A stretch of DNA of 64,000 nt, from the NCBI GenBank assembly GCA_044225365.1, contig JBGAIQ010000001.1:128001-192000 (forward strand). The letters are read 5' to 3'. The translations under genes were made by a program, and so were the position numbers. Of this stretch, positions 50,659 to 58,686 are shown one piece after another. This stretch comes from Planctomycetota bacterium (GTDB lineage: Bacteria; Planctomycetota; B15-G4; JADJEK01). Every line of letters begins with the position of its first letter. Position 1 is the first letter of the stretch. The notes beneath the pieces were generated by a model. The model searched no databases. It was not told where the DNA came from and saw only the letters and a program-made list of their open reading frames with translations.

Positions 50659-51543
50659 TCATAGACTGCGCTTGAAGAACGAAGCGAGCTTATCGTAGTC
50701 CTCGTCGCGCGGCGCACCTTCCTGCAGTTCGACTTTCGCGCCGTGTAACGCCGTGTAAACGGTCCGTACGTCGTCCTTCGAGTTCGCGTCGTTGTCGGAC
50801 GCGAGAAAGACCGGACAACCCACCGCAGCGAGATCGGCGCGCGGTTCGAGCAATTGCGAATCGAGGCTCGAGAACAAGGCCATCGCTCGCACTGCGATCA
50901 CGCTCTGCGGAATCAGGAGTGGCCGTGGGATTCCGCTCCAGCGGGCGAGCACGCGCGAGACGTAGTCGCTCGCCGACGCGGCGGGTTCGATCGCGGCGGC
51001 GGCATCGATGCGCGGATCCTTGCCGGCAGCGACGAGAGCCGTGATCCCCGCGTCACCCACTCCGAGGATTCCGATCGCGCTCGTTCCGACTTCGGCTTCG
51101 GAGACCAGCCAATCGATCACGGCGCTCATGTCCGCCGCCTCCCCGAGGAAGAGCGGTTGCGAGTCACCCTCGGAACTGCCGTGCGCGCGGCGGTCGAGCA
51201 TCACGACGCCGATGTTCTCGCGCCAGAGTCGGTAGGCGATCGACAGGCAGTCCATGCGATTCCCGCCCGAGGGATGGAGCAAGATCACGCAGGTGTTGGC
51301 ATCGGCGCCGAACACGTTCGCCGCGAGTCGCACCTTGGGTCCGATCGTGATCTTGATCTCGCGCGAGCCGCGGAGGAAGTTCGTGTCCCACTCGGGGTCG
51401 ACTCCTTCGGCCAAGGCGCGCGCGCCGACGGGCGTCCGAATCGGTCGCGAGAAGTACGCTCCGCCGACGATGAAGGCGAGTGGAAGCGACAAGCCATAGG
51501 TGATCGCGGTGGCCTTGAAGACCCGCTTCAGGAACATCGACAT
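50659..51543 (-). CDS. Alpha/beta-hydrolase-fold membrane protein, probably catalytically degenerate
   Basis: N-terminal TM; LDRRAHGSSEG signature; nucleophile elbow reads GILGVGDAG; no C-terminal His motif. Confidence 0.78.
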   Translation of the reverse strand: MSMFLKRVFKATAITYGLSLPLAFIVGGAYFSRPIRTPVGARALAEGVDPEWDTNFLRGSREIKITIGPKVRLAANVFGADANTCVILLHPSGGNRMDCLSIAYRLWRENIGVVMLDRRAHGSSEGDSQPLFLGEAADMSAVIDWLVSEAEVGTSAIGILGVGDAGITALVAAGKDPRIDAAAAIEPAASASDYVSRVLARWSGIPRPLLIPQSVIAVRAMALFSSLDSQLLEPRADLAAVGCPVFLASDNDANSKDDVRTVYTALHGAKVELQEGAPRDEDYDKLASFFKRSL

Positions 51544-51682
51544 CGAACCGACCTCCAGACGCCTTTGGGCGGGGGATTCGTCGCGTCTTCGGTCCGGGCG
51601 TGGACACCGACATGCGTCGAGATCGTCCTCGCCCTCGAGCGGGGATCTCGACGAATCGGGAGACGCGATTCCTCCAATTCTC

Positions 51683-51711
51683 GCTTCGGCGCAGGCGGGG
51701 GCTCGACTTGA
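51683..51711 (-). promoter_or_regulatory. Sigma-28-like promoter motif TCAAG-N16-GCCGAAGC
   Basis: Minus strand, upstream of the hydrolase-like gene. Confidence 0.6.
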
Positions 51712-51767
51712 CTCTTATTGGTCGAAATCCCGGCCGGCGGGGTGGAGGAGTGGAGAGGTGTGTTCTC

Positions 51768-52898
51768 TCAGTCGGGGACCGGGGCCGCCGGTGCGGGCAC
51801 GGCGAGGAGCAAGCGGATGCGCTGATCGCCGCGGGGCTCCACCGTGAGGTCGCCGCCATGCGCTCGCGCGATGCCGAGCGCGCAGGCGAGGCTGCGCCGT
51901 TCGGTTCCGATCGTGCGCGACGCGTACAGCGGAACCAGGGGATCGAGGGTCGCGAGAGCACGGCGATCGACGCGGGCGACGGTCGAGACGTCGAGGCGAC
52001 CCGGAGTCGTTCCGATCTCGATCTCGAACTGCGAGGGAGCACCGTTCTGCGCGGCCGCGAGGTATCCGAACAGATGGCGGAAGGCGATGAACATCTGCTC
52101 GCGATCGACGAGGATCTCGGGCAGTGGCGAACGCGGCTTGGGTTCGACTCCGCGCAATTCCAGGGAATCGAGCGCTTCTCGGATCACGACGCCGATGTCG
52201 ACCGCGGTCCGGACCGGACGCCGCGAGCCGCCGAAGTACTCGAGTTCGGCGACGATGTCGCCGATGCGCCGTGATTCGCTATCCATCGTTTCGAGCGCGC
52301 CCGTCAACTCGGAAGCCGACAAGCGCCCGCTCCCGCTCTGCAGCAATTGCAAGAGTCCGCGGATCGTCGTGAGCGGATTGTTCACCTCGTGCGCGAGGTG
52401 ACGAACGAACAAGCGCAGGGCGTCGACGGACGCGGCGCTCGATTCGCCCTCGGTGTTCGTGCCGCACTTCGGAGTCTCGACGACCGGAACGGGAGGAGGA
52501 GGCACCGCTCTTTCCGATCGAGCTTCCGCTGCGCGGAGCTGCCGGGCGAGCAGGGCCGCGAGCGCGGAATTCTCGAGATCCGCGGGGAAGATCGCGTCGA
52601 TGGCGGCTTCACGGAGGGCGAGCGTGGCCGCCGCGCGATCAGCGCCGTACACGGCGACGATCGGTACCCATGGGAAACGCACGCGGACGACCCGGCAGAG
52701 CGCGAGGGACAGGGTCGAATCCGCTTCGAGCTCGACGAGCACGAGGCATGGAGCCTCGGTCGGCAACGCGAGGAACGGGTCGCTCGCGTCGAGGACGACG
52801 AGACGGGAACTCGATGCGATCGCGGCGAGCGCCTCCGCAGCCGCCTTGGCCGCGAGTGCGCCGGACCCGTAGAGCATGAGATCGCCGTTTGCCCTCAT
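51768..52898 (-). CDS. Histidine-kinase-like protein: pseudo-receiver, HisKA and degenerate HATPase
   Basis: Intact H-box LAHEVNNPLTTI; N, G1 and G2 boxes substituted; ends with GIARAHGG.L.V. Confidence 0.75.
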   Translation of the reverse strand: MRANGDLMLYGSGALAAKAAAEALAAIASSSRLVVLDASDPFLALPTEAPCLVLVELEADSTLSLALCRVVRVRFPWVPIVAVYGADRAAATLALREAAIDAIFPADLENSALAALLARQLRAAEARSERAVPPPPVPVVETPKCGTNTEGESSAASVDALRLFVRHLAHEVNNPLTTIRGLLQLLQSGSGRLSASELTGALETMDSESRRIGDIVAELEYFGGSRRPVRTAVDIGVVIREALDSLELRGVEPKPRSPLPEILVDREQMFIAFRHLFGYLAAAQNGAPSQFEIEIGTTPGRLDVSTVARVDRRALATLDPLVPLYASRTIGTERRSLACALGIARAHGGDLTVEPRGDQRIRLLLAVPAPAAPVPD

Positions 52899-53210
52899 CG
52901 ATACCCGGTGTCCGAGTCGTAGGTGCGGAGCCGAGATGGAGTCCTACCCCTCCCGGGCGGATCCATCGTGTTACGCGATTGGCAAGAGTCACGATCCCGC
53001 GGCCAAACCCCGCGGCCCGCAGCATCCTATCAACGGGAAGGCATATGCCTACTCACGTCGAGCGTACGGCGGAATGGCAGAAGGATGCCGGATTCCTTGG
53101 ATTTGGCCAGTCGAAAAACTCGCTTCGTGTCGGACGCTCCAGTTATCCTGCCCTGATCGTTCCTCGTCACCGTCTTCCGAGGAGCCGGCCTGGCCGGCGC
53201 GCGAGATCGT

Positions 53211-53239
53211 TCAAGTCCAATGGTGGAAGCTGCCGAAGC
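53211..53239 (+). promoter_or_regulatory. Sigma-28-like promoter motif TCAAG-N16-GCCGAAGC
   Basis: About 110 nt upstream of the GT2 operon start 53348. Confidence 0.6.
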
Positions 53240-53347
53240 GAACGCCGGACGCTCGATCCCACAGCAGCGACCCGTTCGAGCCCAGTCGTCCGCGCGCGCC
53301 GAACTTCCGACTCTCGTCCCGTTCGTTCCCCGTCGTTCAGCCAGCTC

Positions 53348-54307
53348 ATGTCGTCGAAACCGCAGGTCACGATCCTCATTCCCGTCTACAACGAAGAGGA
53401 GAGCGTGCTTCCTCTCATCGGGTCGATCGTGGACGTCATGCGCCGCGCCGGTCGGGAGAGTGAGATCGTGTTCGTCGACGACGGGAGTGCCGACTCGACC
53501 GGTGATCGGATTCGCGACGCGTCGCTCCGCAATCCGCAGATTCGTCTCATCCGCCTGCGCCGGAATTTCGGGCAGACCGCAGCACTGGCCTGCGGCCTCG
53601 ATCATGCACGCGGCGAGTTCATCGTCACGATGGACGGCGACCTGCAAAACGATCCCGAGGACATCCCGACCCTGCTCGCGCTCCTCGAAGAGGGCTACGA
53701 CCTGGTCTGCGGCTGGCGGCGGGATCGCAAGGATCGGTTCTTCTCGCGGCGACTTCCGTCGCGCATCGCGAACGCCATGCTGTCCGACTTGACGGGAGTG
53801 CGGGTTCACGACTTCGGCTGCACGCTGAAGGGATTCCGCGCGAGCTTCATCGAAGGACTGCCGATCTACTCCGAGATGCATCGTTACATCCCAGCGCTCG
53901 CGGGTTCGGTCGGCGCCCGAGTCACCGAGGTGGTGGTGCGCCATCATCCGCGGCGGTTCGGCGAGTCCAAGTACGGCATCGGCCGCACGTTTCGGGTCAT
54001 CTACGACCTGATCGCATTGCGGCTGCTCACCCGCTTCTCCGCGCGTCCGCTCCACTGGTTCGGAGTCGGTTCGATTCCCTGCTTCTTCTTCGCCGGAGTC
54101 GCATTCTTCTTCGCCTTCATCGATCACACGACGGGCGAACCGGTACGCTATTCGACGATCGTGTTCCCGACGATCCTCATGCTCCTCGTCTACCTCGGAT
54201 TCCACTTCCTCGTCGTCGGTCTCCTGGCCGAACTCGCGGTCAATGTCCTGCGCGGAGGGCCGCGAACGATGGTGCGCATCACCGAGTCGGCGGGAGGGAT
54301 GCGATGA
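53348..54307 (+). CDS. GT2 polyprenol-phosphate glycosyltransferase (ArnC/GtrB/DPM1-like)
   Basis: IPVYNEE, FVDDGS.D, RNFGQTAA, TMDGDLQNDP, DFGCTLK, E.HRYIP, H.R..G.SKYG, two C-terminal TMs. Confidence 0.92.
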   Translation: MSSKPQVTILIPVYNEEESVLPLIGSIVDVMRRAGRESEIVFVDDGSADSTGDRIRDASLRNPQIRLIRLRRNFGQTAALACGLDHARGEFIVTMDGDLQNDPEDIPTLLALLEEGYDLVCGWRRDRKDRFFSRRLPSRIANAMLSDLTGVRVHDFGCTLKGFRASFIEGLPIYSEMHRYIPALAGSVGARVTEVVVRHHPRRFGESKYGIGRTFRVIYDLIALRLLTRFSARPLHWFGVGSIPCFFFAGVAFFFAFIDHTTGEPVRYSTIVFPTILMLLVYLGFHFLVVGLLAELAVNVLRGGPRTMVRITESAGGMR

Positions 54308-55482
54308 CGCTCGAATCCGATCCGATCCCGGTGAAGCGGGCGGAGCCCGAAGCGCCGGACGTCAGCGCCGTGATCGCGGTCGGCGGCAGCGCCCCCGAGC
54401 TCGGCGATGTCCTGCTGCGATATCACGAGGAGTTCCAGAAGCGAGGTGCGTCGGCGGAATTCGTGGTGGTGCTCGATGGCGTCTCGGACGCGATGTTCGA
54501 ACTCGCGCAGGCCGCGCGTCCCGTCGGCGCAAACGTCCGACTCGTCCGTCTCAATCATCCCTTCGGAGAGTCGATCGCACTCGCATCGGGATTCAAGATC
54601 GCGCGCGGTCGCGTTCTCGTGACCGTGCCGGCGTATTTGCAGGTCGAACCCGCCGACGTGCAGGGTGTCCTCGACGGCCTCGAGGATGGGCTCGACCTGG
54701 TGCAGGGTCTGCGTCAACCGCGAGTCGATTCGATCACGAATCGCGTTCAATCCGCGTTGTTCAACGGCGTGATGCGACTCCTCACCGGAGTGCCGCTGCA
54801 CGACATGAACTGCCCGCTCCGCGCCTTCCGTCGCAAGGTCCTCGAGGACGTGTCGATCCAGGGCGATATGGTGCGCTTCCTGCCCGTCATGGCGCATCGC
54901 CATGGATTCCGAGTCGGTGAAGCGACGATCCGACACCTGAAGGAGCGCGGCAAGGCCGGGTTCTTCGGCGTCAACGTCTACATCCGCCGCTTCCTCGACA
55001 TCATCAACCTGCTCTTCCTGTCGAAGTTCACGCGGGCGCCGCTTCGGTTCTTCGGCACCGCCGGCATCTTCTCGATCGTTCTCGGGGTGATCGTCTGCGC
55101 GTGGCTCGCGATGAACTACTTGTTCTTCACGGGCGTCGAACTGCGCGACAAGGTCACGCTCGTCCTCGGAGTCATGCTCGTCGTCCTCGGGGTGCAGATC
55201 TTCTCGATCGGCCTCGTCGGCGAGATCATCATCTTCACGCAGGCGAAGAACCTGAAGGAATACCGCCTGATCGACGAGCAAGAGGAGTGGGAGCGTCGCG
55301 GTCGTTCGAAGCGCAATGGATCGAGCGGAGAATTGAAGCGCCCGCCGAGCAACGGCCACGGCAACGGGCATGGCGACGCCGCGCCTCCCGAATCGGGAAA
55401 TGGCGCGAGTGGGGGCGAGCTGGGCGGGCCATCTCCTGCGGACGGCCGAGGCGGCAAGGGCAAGGGGCCGAAGTCGCGATGA
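54304..55482 (+). CDS. GT2 ArnC/GtrB-like paralog with degenerate DxD motif
   Basis: Collinear with the upstream GT2 (FGES.AL..G, DLV.G.R..R.D, HD.NC...AFR, RFLP, two TMs) but VTVPAYLQ replaces VTMDGDLQ. Confidence 0.8.
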   Translation: MTLESDPIPVKRAEPEAPDVSAVIAVGGSAPELGDVLLRYHEEFQKRGASAEFVVVLDGVSDAMFELAQAARPVGANVRLVRLNHPFGESIALASGFKIARGRVLVTVPAYLQVEPADVQGVLDGLEDGLDLVQGLRQPRVDSITNRVQSALFNGVMRLLTGVPLHDMNCPLRAFRRKVLEDVSIQGDMVRFLPVMAHRHGFRVGEATIRHLKERGKAGFFGVNVYIRRFLDIINLLFLSKFTRAPLRFFGTAGIFSIVLGVIVCAWLAMNYLFFTGVELRDKVTLVLGVMLVVLGVQIFSIGLVGEIIIFTQAKNLKEYRLIDEQEEWERRGRSKRNGSSGELKRPPSNGHGNGHGDAAPPESGNGASGGELGGPSPADGRGGKGKGPKSR

Positions 55483-56930
55483 ACGGCGTGCCGTTGCCGC
55501 GATCGTGGAAGGTCGCGCTCCTCTGCTGCCTCCTCCTCGCATTCGTCGTTCGCCTGCCCTTCGTACTCGCTTCGTGCGCGTACGGGATCGACGACGACGA
55601 ATTCTACACGTTGCGCTACGCACTCGATTTCTTCGGAGAGCCCACGCCCGTAGCTGCGGCGGGGTTCCCGCTCCTGTTCTTCATGACGCGGGTGAACCTC
55701 GAGCTCCTCGGCCTCTCTCCGCTCGCGCTGCGTGCGTTCCCGTTCGCGTGTGGCGTCTTCGCGGTCGTGCTGCTCGCGCTTCGCGGGCGCCGTTTCGTCG
55801 GTGATCGCGGAGCACTCTTCGCGGCCGGCCTCCTCGCGCTCTGGCCATGGCACCAGTACTGGAGCGGGATGGCGCGTTATTACGCTCCACTCTTCCTCGT
55901 CGGGATCGTGATGATCGACGCGCTCGAATCCGCCCTCGCGCGACCGAATCGCGGATCGATCGCGTCGACCGGAGTGGCGTCGATCGTGGCGGCCGCGATC
56001 CACCCCGCGGGCTTGCTCGGTCTGTGCGGAGTCGGCGCAATGTTCACCGATCCGCAGCAGCGGGCGAGGCACGGAAGCAAGCGGCTCGCGATCGTCGGAA
56101 TCGCCGTGCTGCTCGGCCTCCTGCTCCTGCGTTTCAGCGGCCTCTGGCGCACCGTCGAGCGCGTGCTCTCGGGCGATGGGGGAGAAGGCGCGAACGCGGT
56201 GCAGCTCATCCTCAATCTCGCGTTCAACATCACTCCGTTGCTCTGCGTCCTGGCGATGCTCGGCGCCTACTACCTCCATCGCGAGGAACGTAGCCGTGCT
56301 CACGTCCTCGCGCTCTCCGCGTTCTTGCCCGCTGTCCTGCTCGGGATCCTCGCCGCACTGGGAAACAAGGTGCAGGGGAGGTACGCAATGGTCGGCTTCC
56401 CCGCGCTGCTCTGGCTCGCCGGTCGCGGCGCGGCGGGGATCGTGGAGGCCGCGCGATCCGGGTTGCCGCGCTTCCTGGTCGCTTCCGCGTGTGCGGTGCC
56501 GTTGGTCCCGAGCGTCGTCTCGAATCTGATCGACGGGGATCGCCACGATCTGGGGGCGGCGACGAAGCGCCTCGGAGATCTGCTCACCGGCAGTGAGGAC
56601 GTCTACGCCGAGGGGCACGGCCTGGTCGCGGTGATGTGGTGGGGCGTGGATCGGACGCTTCCCGCGACGCTCGGCGTTCCGCCATCGCCGCGATACCTCG
56701 GTGAGTGTCCGCCGACGGAGGATCAGCTCGCGAAGATCGCGGAAGCCGGAGCGAAGACGTACTTCCTCGTCCCCGAGCACGACCTCGTCACCCCGGGGGC
56801 GGAAACGCAGGCGTTCGCCGCTTGGCTGCGCGCGCACGCGCGCGTGCTCCAACGGTTCGGCGTGCCGCGGTTCGACTACCATCGAAACTCGCTCGTCCTG
56901 CTCGTCACGACCGATCGAGGCGCGACGTGA
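55479..56930 (+). CDS. GT-C fold membrane glycosyltransferase (ArnT/PMT-like)
   Basis: Acidic DDDE loop after TM1, PLLF..., LRAFP, P.H.Y.S..ARYYA, many TMs, RY motif, periplasmic C-terminal domain. Confidence 0.78.
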   Translation: MNGVPLPRSWKVALLCCLLLAFVVRLPFVLASCAYGIDDDEFYTLRYALDFFGEPTPVAAAGFPLLFFMTRVNLELLGLSPLALRAFPFACGVFAVVLLALRGRRFVGDRGALFAAGLLALWPWHQYWSGMARYYAPLFLVGIVMIDALESALARPNRGSIASTGVASIVAAAIHPAGLLGLCGVGAMFTDPQQRARHGSKRLAIVGIAVLLGLLLLRFSGLWRTVERVLSGDGGEGANAVQLILNLAFNITPLLCVLAMLGAYYLHREERSRAHVLALSAFLPAVLLGILAALGNKVQGRYAMVGFPALLWLAGRGAAGIVEAARSGLPRFLVASACAVPLVPSVVSNLIDGDRHDLGAATKRLGDLLTGSEDVYAEGHGLVAVMWWGVDRTLPATLGVPPSPRYLGECPPTEDQLAKIAEAGAKTYFLVPEHDLVTPGAETQAFAAWLRAHARVLQRFGVPRFDYHRNSLVLLVTTDRGAT

Positions 56931-57976
56931 TCGTGCGGGAGGCAACGCTCGCGGACTCGGCCGCGATCGATCGCTTCGCCGCCGCGCACCCCGCGGGAAC
57001 GATCTTCCACACCACGGCTTGGCGCGCACAGGTCCTCGACGCCGCGCCGCACGAACCGTACTACCTCGTCGTCGATGCGGGCGAAGGCGCGATTCGCGGA
57101 TTGCTGCCGCTCTTCCACGTCCGCTCCTTGCTGGGTGGCGAGACGCTCGTGTCGGTGCCCTATGCGGTGTACGGCGGCATCCTCGCGAGCGACGATGCCG
57201 TCGCTTCCGCGCTGCTCACCGCAGCGAGGGACCTCGCCGACCGGCTCGGAGTACGTCACTTCGAACTTCGCCAGCTCGACGGTTGTTCACCGATCGCGAG
57301 TGAAGGCATTCCGCTCGCGACCTCACCGCTCTATGTCACCTTCCTTCGCGACTTGCCGAACGATCCCGAGGAGTGCCTCACGATCATCCCGCGCAAATCG
57401 CGGGCGACGACACGGCATGCTCGCGACAAGCACGGGATGGAATTCGTCGAAGGCCGGCATCTCCTCCCGAGATTCCACGAGCTGTTCCTCGAGAACAAGA
57501 CCGCCCTCGGCTCGCCGTCGTTCTCGCGCGGCTTCTTCGAGAACCTGCTGTGGCGTCTCGGTGACCGCGTGTGGCTGAACGGCGTTTCGATGAACGGCGA
57601 GATCATCGCCGCGTGCATCTCCTTCGCTCACGCCTCGACGCTCAATCCCTACTACTCGGGCTCCCTCCCCGGCACCGAACGCCTCGGCTCGATGAACTTC
57701 ATGTACTGGCAATTGATGGAGCTCGCTGTGAAGCGGGGCTTCACGCGCTACGACTTCGGTCGCAGTCGCGTCGATACCGGGGCGTTCGCGTTCAAGAAGA
57801 ACATGGGCTTCGAGCCGACACCGCTCCACTATCAGTTCTACCTTCGGGGTGGATCGACCCTGCCGAGTCTCAATCCCTCGAATCCGAAGTTCGAGCGTTT
57901 CCAATCGCTCTGGCGGAAGCTGCCCCTGCCCATCCTCGATGTCGCAGGGCCCTGGATGATGCGGCATCTTCCGTGA
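56927..57976 (+). CDS. FemAB-like GNAT protein, XrtA-system-associated type (TIGR03019-like)
   Basis: TIFH...W, GLLPL..VRS.L.G..LVSVPYAVYGG, PYYSG, FMYWQLM, FDFGRS....GA..FKKN.GFEP.PL.Y, NP.NPKF. Confidence 0.88.
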   Translation: MIVREATLADSAAIDRFAAAHPAGTIFHTTAWRAQVLDAAPHEPYYLVVDAGEGAIRGLLPLFHVRSLLGGETLVSVPYAVYGGILASDDAVASALLTAARDLADRLGVRHFELRQLDGCSPIASEGIPLATSPLYVTFLRDLPNDPEECLTIIPRKSRATTRHARDKHGMEFVEGRHLLPRFHELFLENKTALGSPSFSRGFFENLLWRLGDRVWLNGVSMNGEIIAACISFAHASTLNPYYSGSLPGTERLGSMNFMYWQLMELAVKRGFTRYDFGRSRVDTGAFAFKKNMGFEPTPLHYQFYLRGGSTLPSLNPSNPKFERFQSLWRKLPLPILDVAGPWMMRHLP

Positions 57977-58004
57977 TGGCCATTGGCCATTGGCCATTGG
58001 CCAT
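57977..58004. repeat. Tandem heptamer repeat (TGGCCAT)x4
   Basis: Perfect copies at 57977, 57984, 57991 and 57998, starting immediately after the femAB-like stop codon. Confidence 0.9.
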
Positions 58005-58074
58005 TCGTCGGAACGCTCTGCTATGCTCCGTCGCGATGGTGAGCATCGCAGGTGGAATCCCGGCGCGCGCGGTG

Positions 58075-58686
58075 ATGAGAATACGCAGAGCGGTCGCGAG
58101 GCGCGCCGTTCCGTGCGTCCTCGCCGCGCTCGCGGCCTGCGCGCACGCACCCGCGACGCGCGTCGACGGCGACACCACGGACAGCGCCGCCAGCGGGCGA
58201 TCGGTGGGTGGGATGCTCTCGGACTACGGTCGGGCGCGAGTCCTCGACCTGTCCGACATCGTTGCGCTTCGCATCGGCGTGGGACCCGGACTGCTCGTCC
58301 AGGCTCGCGCGACGCGATACGTCGCGCTCGGCGTCGGATCGATCGGACCCGCGCACGTGTTCAGCGGGGGCTTCCGTCCCGAGTGCTACTTCCTCGGTTG
58401 GAACGGTCGCGAAGGCGGGGTTTGGATCGAACGTCGCACGGAGTACGGGATCTCGACGTTCTATGGTTGCGAAGCCACGGGCGAGTCGCAAGCGGGCAAC
58501 GTGACGCGCTTCGGCCTCGACGGTCGACGCACGTTCGACGTGGGAGCCGAGGCGTACTTGGCTCTCGTCGGACTCGCGGTCGACGCCCGTGTGGAAGAAG
58601 CGCTCGACTTCGTCGCCGGGATCTTCGGCTTCGATCCGGAAGGGGACGACACCGCCGCGGTCAGCGTCGCTCGAGCGAATCCCTGA
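58075..58686 (+). CDS. Hypothetical lipoprotein
   Basis: Arg-rich N-region plus lipobox LAAC; beta-rich body ending EALDFVAGIFGFDPEGDD. Confidence 0.65.
   Translation: MRIRRAVARRAVPCVLAALAACAHAPATRVDGDTTDSAASGRSVGGMLSDYGRARVLDLSDIVALRIGVGPGLLVQARATRYVALGVGSIGPAHVFSGGFRPECYFLGWNGREGGVWIERRTEYGISTFYGCEATGESQAGNVTRFGLDGRRTFDVGAEAYLALVGLAVDARVEEALDFVAGIFGFDPEGDDTAAVSVARANP

Noticed and set aside
53034-53051. Sigma-54 promoter in GGCATATGCCTTCC (minus strand)
   Set aside because: The invariant -12 GC is missing (TTCC instead of TTGC)
57977-58004. CRISPR array or mobile-element end
   Set aside because: 7-bp units without spacers; no cas, transposase or integrase gene recognised anywhere in the window
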